A DNA stretch of 64,000 nt from Octopus vulgaris (Eukaryota). Shown here piece by piece: positions 57,801-64,000 of this stretch. The DNA is taken from the NCBI GenBank assembly GCA_951406725.2, contig OX597833.1:37882001-37946000 (forward strand), written 5' to 3'. Positions within the stretch are counted from its first letter, which is position 1. Each line of letters begins with the position of its first letter. The translations under genes and the position numbers were made by a program. The notes beneath the pieces were generated by a model. It saw nothing but the letters and a program-made list of their open reading frames with translations, had not been told where the DNA came from and did not search any database.

Positions 57801-58098
57801 TACTTTGTTTAAATGATTACTAACATGGCACAGATCAACCCAAACAAGTCTGATGTGCAGAGTGCACACAACAACAATAATAACAAGAAAGGGCATTTAT
57901 AGAGTTTATAGACTTACACCACTGAAATGTTTTCCTTGAACTCCACATTTGTTGACTATGGAGATTCTTTCAAACATTGGAGACAGATCAATGTCAGGGG
58001 TAGATTTAGTCTCGTCAATATCTGGAACACTCTCTGCTCTTTTCCAACAGCGATTTGCTTCATCTTCAGGTTCATTATAGTGCATCCAAGGACTGGAA
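725..58098 (-). CDS. AMPD2: AMP deaminase (AMPD2-like), partial multi-exon gene: join of 57918-58098, 55040-55232, (22860-22907), 18957-19176, 16298-16427, 15210-15344, 8564-8626, 8253-8384, 6079-6242, 2365-2491, 725-888
   Basis: All exons have AG/GT boundaries and matching phases. The spliced translation carries AMPD family motifs in the correct order: FERISI..G|[115 protein letters not shown]. The 5' and 3' ends are outside the window. Confidence 0.96.
2043..2320. repeat. Compound (TA)n(CAT)n(TACA/TA)n(CA)n microsatellite
   Basis: Direct reading. Confidence 0.95.
2365..2491 (-). CDS. AMPD2: AMPD exon (Y)[42 protein letters not shown]
   Basis: ctcttcaag| ... |gtaagt; 127 nt, phase 2 to 0. 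Confidence 0.95.
3667..3893. mobile_element. TTAA-flanked ~225-bp MITE (piggyBac-type ends); other copies at 16529-16753, ~21990-22171, 26937-27166, 56308-57392 (interrupted), 57483-57712, 63624-63842
   Basis: Consensus ends TTAA-CCCTTTAGCATT...AATGCTAAAGGG-TTAA; shared internal sequence found in both orientations. Confidence 0.8.
5476..5950. repeat. Minisatellite, ~38-bp degenerate unit (AACTGTGTCACTGCTGTGTCACAGTGACAAGGTAACTG), about 12 copies
   Basis: TGTCAC/GTGACA-rich units repeated in tandem. Confidence 0.9.
6079..6242 (-). CDS. AMPD2: AMPD exon [54 protein letters not shown]
   Basis: ttttgcag| ... |gtaagt; 164 nt, phase 0 to 2. Confidence 0.95.
6579..6625 (-). ncRNA. Degenerate hammerhead ribozyme
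   Basis: GACAC-CUGUUGA-a-GGCUG-gaggguauau-CAGCU-GAAA-uguu-GUGUU; the core A in CUGA is changed to U. Confidence 0.6.
6706..7240 (+). mobile_element. RTE-clade LINE 3' fragment with associated 3' tail
   Basis: Decayed [35 protein letters not shown]-terminus typical of RTE ORFs, followed by a (GAT/AAT) tail. Confidence 0.75.
8253..8384 (-). CDS. AMPD2: AMPD exon [44 protein letters not shown]
   Basis: tttcag| ... |gtaagc; 132 nt, phase 0 to 0. Confidence 0.96.
8564..8626 (-). CDS. AMPD2: AMPD exon [21 protein letters not shown]
   Basis: ttccacag| ... |gtaagt; 63 nt, phase 0 to 0. Confidence 0.95.
14001..14053 (-). ncRNA. Decayed hammerhead remnant
   Basis: CUCA-CUGAAAA-ag-GACUC-aauaugaaugua-GAGUC-AAAA-ugcuuuucu-UGAG; both core G positions read A. 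Confidence 0.35.
15210..15344 (-). CDS. AMPD2: AMPD exon [45 protein letters not shown] (Zn-binding HxH)
   Basis: ttccag| ... GAG|gttata (weak donor); 135 nt, phase 0 to 0. Confidence 0.93.
15918..15962 (-). ncRNA. Type I minimal hammerhead ribozyme inside a Penelope/retrozyme-like repeat (~15727-16145)
   Basis: Minus strand GGACCA-CUGAUGA-G-GUCAC-agaagu-GUGAC-GAAA-G-aa-C-UC/UGGCC: core intact, 5-bp stem II, minimal stem III, CUC cleavage triplet. Confidence 0.8.
16298..16427 (-). CDS. AMPD2: AMPD exon (L)[43 protein letters not shown]
   Basis: ttgttacag| ... AAG|gtcagt; 130 nt, phase 2 to 0. Confidence 0.95.
18957..19176 (-). CDS. AMPD2: AMPD exon (D)[15 protein letters not shown]...GVMKVY...[22 protein letters not shown](L)
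   Basis: ttgtttttttctag| ... |gtaagt; 220 nt, phase 1 to 2, open throughout. Confidence 0.93.
21116..21407 (+). mobile_element. tRNA-derived SINE family C nested in a family A SINE; relatives at 25260-25500(-), 25870-26070(+), 34260-34640(-), 49260-49480(+)
   Basis: TGGCCCAGTGGTTAGG (A box) ... GGTTTCAATTCCC (B box); TSD CCACTCAC at 21108-21115 and 21408-21415. Confidence 0.8.
21822..22234. mobile_element. Second TTAA-flanked MITE containing a nested partial copy of the first family
   Basis: TTAA-CCCTTTTG ... CAAAAGGG-TTAA ends; the internal part ~21990-22171 matches the 3667 family. Confidence 0.6.
22860..22907 (-). CDS. AMPD2: Probable 48-nt cassette exon (A)[15 protein letters not shown](D)
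   Basis: aattttcag|CA...GAAG|gtaatg; symmetric phase 1-1, no stop; joins the flanking exons in frame. Confidence 0.65.
23908..25139 (+). mobile_element. Decayed mariner (D,D34D family) transposon
   Basis: Imperfect TIRs TCAAGTTGAATAAAAAGTAAGCAATATTTTGAA / TTCAAAACGTTGCTTACTTTTTACTTAGCCTGA in TA runs. Transposase from ATG 24089 ([32 protein letters not shown]) with stops and frameshifts. Confidence 0.92.
25155..25233 (+). ncRNA. Hammerhead-like motif with long stem II (degenerate)
   Basis: ACCU-CUGAUGA-GCAUAGGGUUAUAA...UUGUAUCCCUAGCAC-GAAAC-ugauu-GGU. Confidence 0.5.
26210..26292 (+). ncRNA. Hammerhead-like motif with long stem II (degenerate)
   Basis: CUGAUGA-a-GCUACAGGAUG...CAUCCUAUAGU-g-GAAA-CAGCUAUA; 10 of 11 stem II pairs. 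Confidence 0.6.
27323..28613 (+). mobile_element. Near full-length decayed mariner transposon (second subfamily)
   Basis: TIRs TTGGTTCATCCCATAAATAATG / CATTACTTATGGGATGACCCAA followed by TA. Transposase 27506-28535 ([50 protein letters not shown]) with a frameshift and stops. Confidence 0.95.
28675..28860 (+). mobile_element. RTE LINE reverse transcriptase fragment (internally deleted)
   Basis: [40 protein letters not shown]. Confidence 0.8.
29200..29630 (-). mobile_element. RTE LINE 3' fragment
   Basis: [35 protein letters not shown]. Confidence 0.8.
31201..31845. repeat. Repeat unit bounded by ~50-bp direct repeats (31201-31250 / 31792-31845); pLTR/retrozyme-like
   Basis: GTTGTCTGGATGTTTTGCGTTCTTGTCCCATTTTGTATTTTATATAT occurs twice. 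Confidence 0.65.
31846..32292 (-). mobile_element. Non-autonomous Helitron-like element
   Basis: The minus strand ends with a GC hairpin CCCGG-gcaacg-CCGGG, 8 nt, then CTAG|T. The 5' end is TC(TA)n followed by a (TGTC)-type microsatellite. Confidence 0.75.
32693..33117. repeat. ~143-bp inverted repeat (32693-32835 / 32975-33117) in a Penelope-like pLTR cluster (~32345-33350)
   Basis: Arms are reverse-complementary at roughly 85-90% identity by eye; 139-nt spacer. Confidence 0.9.
34647..34890. repeat. Almost pure A/T low-complexity block with (CAT)n
   Basis: Direct reading. Confidence 0.95.
35798..36070 (+). mobile_element. RTE-tail-related short repeat ending in (GAT)n; copies at 1-105, 2665-2830(-), 3380-3440(-), 17220-17350(-), 18230-18490, 46790-46915(-), 55430-55530(-), 60090-60430(-), 62660-62945
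   Basis: Shared GGAAGGGCATCCAGCTGTAGAAAC...CCAACCCATGCTAGCA..CGTTAAA(TGA)n; the same tail follows the RTE ORF at 7030-7240. Confidence 0.75.
36690..37080 (-). mobile_element. CR1-clade LINE 3' end
   Basis: [34 protein letters not shown], the typical CR1 ORF2 C-terminus, followed by 3' UTR. Confidence 0.75.
37439..37447 (-). CDS. Candidate 9-nt microexon CTTGGCTTG ((A)WL)
   Basis: Long CT-rich tract ending tctttaTGCaatag|, then 9 nt, then |gtgtgc; phase 1-1 matches the surrounding intron phase. Confidence 0.35.
38150..38640. repeat. TA-rich tract with a higher-order ~118-bp tandem unit (about 2.5-3 copies)
   Basis: TATAATTGTA..TCCTTATATA landmarks recur at about 118-nt spacing. Confidence 0.85.
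40420..42300 (+). mobile_element. Highly decayed RTE LINE (endonuclease and RT remnants) interrupted by a SINE at about 40710-41085
   Basis: SAYAPQ and [21 protein letters not shown] (APE domain); [12 protein letters not shown] and VGVHQGS (RT). Confidence 0.75.
43565..43690. repeat. Perfect (GAA)n microsatellite, about 42 units
   Basis: Direct reading. Confidence 0.98.
44496..45751 (+). mobile_element. Decayed Tc1-like (DD34E) transposon
   Basis: TIRs CAGGGGTTGGACAAAATAATGGAAA / TTTCCATAACTTTGTCCAACCCCTG followed by TA. Transposase 44677-45699 ([46 protein letters not shown]) with stops and a frameshift. Confidence 0.95.
50240..51746. mobile_element. Old element with ~140-bp diverged inverted termini enclosing two later SINE insertions
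   Basis: 50240-50380 is the reverse complement of 51601-51746 at roughly 70% identity by eye. Confidence 0.6.
53050..53830. repeat. Unclassified interspersed element with ~190-bp internal tandem units and a perfect 15-bp hairpin
   Basis: ATTTTGATTCAAAGTCAATTTT and TCACTTAAAG..AGCTAATATTTTT recur; hairpin at 53349-53381. Confidence 0.5.
55040..55232 (-). CDS. AMPD2: AMPD exon [64 protein letters not shown]
   Basis: tttctcatgttag| ... AAAG|gtaaat; 193 nt, phase 0 to 1; AL..REKYM motif. Confidence 0.94.
56325..56797 (+). mobile_element. 5'-truncated LINE (RTE-like RT C-terminus) with (ATAG)n tail and 7-bp TSD
   Basis: [29 protein letters not shown]; AGCATTC duplicated at 56318-56324 and 56798-56804. 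Confidence 0.85.
56865..57255 (+). mobile_element. tRNA-derived SINE family A (representative); copies at 12420-12803(-), 18785-18930(-), 20885-21530(-), 9430-9600(-), 40710-41085(+), 45850-46000(-), 50383-50790(+), 51170-51568(+), 58720-58890(-), 60670-60760(+), 62550-62660(-), 63860-64000(-)
   Basis: Head GGCGCAGGAGTGGCTGTGTGGTAAG...GGTTCGGTCCC with Pol III A/B-box-like motifs, an internal (TA/TG)n, and a (GAGTAA)-type tail; many dispersed copies. Confidence 0.85.
57918..58098 (-). CDS. AMPD2: AMPD N-terminal-region exon [13 protein letters not shown]...[20 protein letters not shown]
   Basis: ctctttgtctag| ... GGT|gtaagt; 181 nt, phase 2 to 0; FERISI resembles the AMPD2 FQRVTI block. Confidence 0.88.
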
Positions 58099-60800
58099 CT
58101 AGACAAAGAGAAAGAGAAGAAGGTTAAAAACTATATAGATTTTTTTTCATTTGAAACAAACTTTAAAATGGTGAGCCATGAGGTCACTTGATCAGCTAGA
58201 AATACTGACCAAAACTCCTTCAAATCACACCATACCATCTTAAAGATAAAAACTACATTGGATAGCTTAGACCTGGATATACTCTGACTGAAAAGGATAA
58301 AAAACAAGATAATCACATCTGGAATGCCTTTGGTCATAGCTTTAGTTGATCAAGACTAACCTAGAGCTAAGCAACAAGTTTGAAATGATAATGTTAAAAT
58401 ACCCAGTTCTGAAAATTATGAAGCAAAGTGAACTATGCCATTTAGGTGCATAAAAATAAACAACAAAATAAAAGATAACACGATAAACCTCAGCCAGTCA
58501 CATTCTCTTCAGGCCTAAATAAGAAATAAAGATTAGCAGTTCAAGGAGTTTTAGTGCTTTCCAGGGCTTCTGGGGCTGGTTGAAGGGAGCGTTACCTTAA
58601 AACGTAAGCACTAACATGTATGCTTCTAAAAGGGTGAGTTCTGCTAAAAACCCAGGAACCAAGTGGTAGTGTTAAACTTGATAATGGATGAAGTCTACTA
58701 CCCAACAACAAGCACAGTCTCTCAAACTTCCTTCCACACAGTTTCTGCCTAACAAATTTTACTCACAAGATTTTGCTTACTTCAAGGCTATAGTTGAAAA
58801 CATTGTAACAAAGTGCCGTGCACTGGGATTGAACCTGAGACTATACAGTTGCAAAGTGAACTTCTTTTAACTAAACCTTGCCTGTACCTGTATGTTCGTA
58901 TATAAAATAGCAAGCTGACAGAATCATTAGCACAGCAGATGATATACTTAGTAGCAGTTTTCCTAACTTTTTACATTCTGAGTTTAAATTCTACTGCGGT
59001 CAACTATACCATTTATCCTTCCAGGGTTGATAAAATAAGTACTAGCTAAGCACGAGAGGCAGGGTGGCATGTAATAAACTTACACCCTGCACCCCATCCT
59101 CTGAAGTTATTAGTCTGGGGCCAAACTTTGAAACCATGTACGTGTATATACACATACATACACACTTTGTCTACACAGATCTCTTTCTTGTTCTCTCTGG
59201 AAATCTATAATTAGATATATATATGCATGGGCTTCTGTGTATATGCAATTTTTGTAATTAAGTGTATAGACATGTAAGGTGTATAATGGTAAATGCGTGT
59301 ATATAAATATACTGTTATACACAGGGATGCATATAATTGTATGTATGTGTATTTTGACATGCTTGTGGATGTATGTATTATTATGTATGATTAAATAGTT
59401 GGATGAAAGAATATGTGCAAGTGTCTGCATATATGTGTGTGTGTGCATGCATGTATATGTAAGTGTGCACATATGTACATACATTCATGTGTACATGAAT
59501 ACCTACATACATATATACAATCATAACAGCAATAAAAGCCTGCTAGCATTGCCTTGAACTGGAAATAATAAAGCTTTGGTTAAATCTGGTTTGTGATTTA
59601 TTAATCAATAATATATGTGGATGTTTGGATATCAAATACTTGGGGTTTGCTGAGTCTGATGAATAGAGCTATCAAATAACCAAGCTTCTATATAAAAAAA
59701 AGAATGGCCAAGTCAACAAGGAAGCATCTATGTAATGAGTTAACCTGCTAGAGATAGCAGGTAAATCTCCCTAAAATTACACCCATCCAATTCATAAATA
59801 AAAAAGAATACACTGAATTCCTGAATTCCTAGGTATACTGTGTCTTAAAAAGATAGAGTAGTTATGACTGGAATGCCTTTGGTTATCAGTCAGATGGATC
59901 ATAATTCCATGAGATGCTGTATTTGAGAATTTTATTTAATCTGGATCAGTCGTTTAGTAAATAGTTAAGTAGCTTTTAGCAGTAATTCATAATTTATGAG
60001 AAATTTTAAGGTAGAATTTGGAAATTCCAGTAGGGAACTTGCTTGCAGGTTGCAAAAATTCCTTAACATCATTCATGCTGTTATCATCACCATTATCAAC
60101 ATTTACCATCTGTTTTCCATGCTGGCATGGGTTGGACAGCTTGACAGGAACTGGCAAAGCCAGTGGGCTGCACTAGGTTCCACAGTCTGGTTTAGATTGG
60201 TTTCTACAGCTAGATGCACTTTCTAATGCCAACCACTTTACAGGATGTACTGGGTGCTTTTTACATGGCACCAGCAGCACCCACACCAACACCTTTTACA
60301 TTGCACCTTGGTTTTAGGATTTCAATTCTGTTGTGGTAGGCAGGTCTCCTCAAGTGCAGCAATGTGTGACACACCTTGATCCTTTAGCATCTCCTTCATA
60401 AGGTTCAGTGTTTTGAGATTGGCCTTCAATACTTCATCCTAATATGTTCATTTTCAATAAATTTATTCTCCTTTCAAGGACACTGATGTTGAATTAATAT
60501 ATAAGGCTATAGATGTTATGAAATATATTTTGTTGTATACAAGAGTTGTTTTCTTATATGTGGGGAGAAATTGGGCAGCAAACTGATGAAGATGAAAGGT
60601 GAAGATGAAGACATACAGAAAAAAAGATTAAGAAACACTAACATTAACATACATATACATACAGATACAGACATGGTTGTGTGGTAAGAAGCTTGCTTTC
60701 CAACCACATGAATTTGGTAGACAGAAACTGAAAGAAGTCCAATGTATATGTGTGTGTGTGTGTATGTGTACACACACATTATAACTGAAAGGTTCCTATT

Positions 60801-61213
60801 TTTTTTTTTTATTCTTTATTGACCACAAGGGGCTAAACATAGAGGGGACAAACAAAGGACTAAGTCGATTACATCGACCCCAGTGTGTAACTGGTACTTA
60901 TTTAATCGACCCCGAAAGGATGAAAAGCAAAGTTGACCTCGGCGGAATTTGAGCTCAGAACATAGCGGCAGATGAAATACCTATTTCTTTATTACCCACA
61001 AGGGGCTAAACACAGAGGGGACAAACAAGGACAGACATAGGTATTAAGTCGATTACATCGACCCCAGTGCGTAACTGGTACTTAATTTATCGACCCCGAA
61101 AGGATGAAAGGCAAAGTCAACCTCGGCGGAATTTGAACTCACAACGTAATGCAGATGAAATACCGTTAAGCTTTTCGCCCAGCATGCTAACGTTTCTGCT
61201 AGCTCGCCACCTT
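60801..61213 (-). mobile_element. tRNA-derived SINE family B (young, internally duplicated copy); copies at 413-630, 10720-11050, 12175-12395, 14400-14845 (x2), 18560-18782, 25605-25795 (all -), 35130-35780 (x3), 58905-59140, 61470-61680 (+)
   Basis: GGTGGCGAGCTAGCAGAAAC..GAGTTCAAATTCCGCCGAGG..CTTTGCCTTTCATCCTTTCGGGGTCGAT core; A-rich tail; 15-bp TSD TGAAAGGTTCCTATT. Confidence 0.85.
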
Positions 61214-64000
61214 TGAAAGGTTCCTATTACCAGCACTCAGAGTTCCTTGCTTCCAATCATCAGCTAGCAAACCAAGCCTGCTTTTCTTTTCAAATACCCA
61301 CTGTCTGGATATTTTTGTGAAATATGAAATGAAACTTTGAGGAAAAGACTTAGCCTTAGGTTCTTTGGTTGAGAAATACTCTTGTGAATGACGCATGCGA
61401 AAATAGCTGTTTCATGCTCACATTATTGATTTCATTTCTGCTTCTCATGATAATATCATAAATGTCTTAAGAGTGGTGATCTGGCAGGATCATTAGCACA
61501 AATTGTAAAGACGGACAAGATGCTAAGCAGCATTTGATCAAATCTTTACATTTTGAGTTCAAATTTGCCTTTCATCCTTTCAGGGTTGATAAAATAAGTA
61601 CCAGTTGTGTACTGGGACTGATATAATCGAATTACTCCCTTCCCAGAAATTGCTGGCCTTGTGTGAAAATCTGAAATCAATATTATAAATGTCTTAAACT
61701 CCATATGAGTGAAATCATGAAATTGTGTCGTTTTTAAGTAAAACTATTAATTAATGTTTTTAAAAACAATGAGTGAGTATGTGTGTGCTCCTATTGCATG
61801 CACCTGTGCAGATGCACACATATATATAAATGCACTCATACACACACATATATCTATATACATAGAATTATATATGCATGCATAAATATACACATATGCA
61901 TATAAATACATATCCACATATAAACTTACACCTACACATAATAAAGCATATCAAAATGTTCTTAGAATCAACTCAACCATACATAAAAAGTGGAATTATT
62001 TATTTCAAAATATCTAGAAAGTTTCAGGATTTTACACTCAAATTCGCATGACTTATTGATTTTTTAAAAAACATCTAACTGTTTTTCTTTTATTTTCCTT
62101 CTTCTTTGTAAAACAAGGTATTTTCTTGGCATCAGAGCTTTAGTAATCTCTTATTTCTTAATCTATAAAATCTCACTAGAAAACAATTTAAAGCAATGCT
62201 TCTTTTCACATTTTTTTAAAAAACTACCATGGATCGGATCTATCCAATGTTTATATGCTTCCATTACTAGTGGCATATTTTTTATGAACTACATCTGCCA
62301 ACATTATGAAGTGACTCTGAGCCCTCAGAAACATTTGTCAGGCCTATAGTGCCATACCTTCTCCCTTTTAATTTTTCTGTGTCTTTGTACTCAATGTAAA
62401 TTTGCTCTGGTAATATATAAATACCTGCATATTATACATGAATAATCATCTGAAAATTTTCAGTCTTTGCTTTCTCTCTATTTACACGTATATATGTAAG
62501 TATATTTTGTATATCTAACCCAAGCAGTTTTATTTGTTTAGTTGCATACTCTTTTACTTGTTTCAGTCATTTGTCTGTGGCCATGTTGGAGCACCACCTT
62601 TAGTCGAGGAAATTGACTCCAGGACTTATTTTTTGTAAGCCTAGTACTTGTTCTATCGGTGAAGTAAAATCGTGGTTGCCCTAGCATAAAGGCATGTCTC
62701 CTACATCTCTTTCCGGCTGAGCAATCCTAATCTTGCAGTCTTGTGGGTGCTAGTGCCACATGAAAATCACCCAAACAGGTGCTGTATAAAAGCACCTGGT
62801 ACACTCTGTAAAGTGGTGTTAGGAATGGCATCCAGCTGTAGAAACCATGCCAAAACAGACATGGAGCCCAGGCATCTCTTCAGCAGGCCAGCTCCTGTCA
62901 AACCGTCCAACCCATACCAGCATGGAAAACAGACACTAAATGAAGAATGTAAAAAAAAGGAAAATAAATTTCGAATTCAAAATTCCAGAGGTCAAGTCTG
63001 ACTTTCAACCTTCCTGAGCTGATCTCAGATAAGTACCATTCAAGTACATGAGTTAACCCTAATCAACTAAATACCTCTCTCCTTCACCATCATCCCTATG
63101 TTTCTTTATTATATTATCACTATTATTGTTATTATTATTATTATTTGTCTCATTCTTATCCTTATTTCAAATAAAGTTCACAATAGATGTCAGACTAAAT
63201 ATTTTGAAGGTCAAACCAGTTAACATCCTTAAAATACAGTTGAAACAGGGAAGGCCATTTTACAATTTTATAGACACAATCCAGTTTTGGTTTGAATTTA
63301 CTTATAGTGAATAGGGTCCTGAATTCCATCACAGAAATGGAAATTGCATTGACCTAAATTTTAAAACCCCATGATAGTTTGTTTGGAAAATCTGACAGAA
63401 TCAGTGGAAAGGGTCCATTAAGTTAATTCAGTAGTCTCAGAAACAACAGAAGGCTGTATTAAATACATTCTGGTAGTTAGTTATGACTATTAAATGTTCT
63501 GAATCAGGCCCATCACAATTGACTTAATTTTCCTTATATCCCTCCATAGAAAATTAAATACATACCAACAGTGTACTGAAGTCTATACAACTGACTACAT
63601 TCTTCATGTACAAATATGTACTTTTAACCCTTTAGCATTCAGATTATTCTGTTAAATGTAATGCTTTTTCATTCACATTGTTTTTAATTAATCATACATT
63701 ATCTTAAAGCTTTGAAATTTTGATGATGTGATTATATATTTTTGAAATGGCATTGTAGGGTAGGTGTGACAGGCTGGATCTGGCTGGCTAGAAAGAAAAA
63801 CAGGTGACATATTTGGGCCAGTTTAAATGCTATAAGGCTAAACCAAATACCTTTTATCTTTTATCTTCTTGTTTCACTCATTAGACTGCAGCCATGCTAA
63901 GGCACTGCCTTGAAGAATTTTTTTCTTAGTTGAATGTATTGACCCCAGTAAATTTCTTTTTTTTTTTTTAAGCCTGATGCTTATTCTATCAGTCTCTCTT

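Noticed and set aside
61199-61396. 65-aa ORF as a possible AMPD first exon
   Set aside because: The best donor is phase 1 whereas the next exon needs phase 2; no AMPD similarity; it ends in a SINE TSD

Overview
AT-rich, repeat-dense animal genomic DNA. The SINE, MITE and microsatellite content is most consistent with an octopod cephalopod (inference from the repeat families). The whole window lies inside one minus-strand AMP deaminase (AMPD2-like) gene. Eleven GT-AG coding exons from 58098 down to 725 splice in frame (about 1.56 kb of CDS) and include [28 protein letters not shown] and [10 protein letters not shown]. The gene's start and its catalytic C-terminal exons lie outside the window. 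The introns, one of them about 32 kb, hold three decayed Tc1/mariner elements with TIRs, RTE and CR1 LINE fragments, several tRNA-derived SINE families, TTAA-flanked MITEs, a non-autonomous Helitron and Penelope/retrozyme-like repeats. Most notable: at least five unrelated hammerhead-ribozyme-like motifs (one with an intact core, sense to the pre-mRNA), a candidate Q/R recoding codon at a normally Arg position, a symmetric 48-nt cassette exon, a candidate 9-nt UGC-type microexon and long intronic inverted repeats. Almost all entries in the ORF track are microsatellite or TE artefacts.
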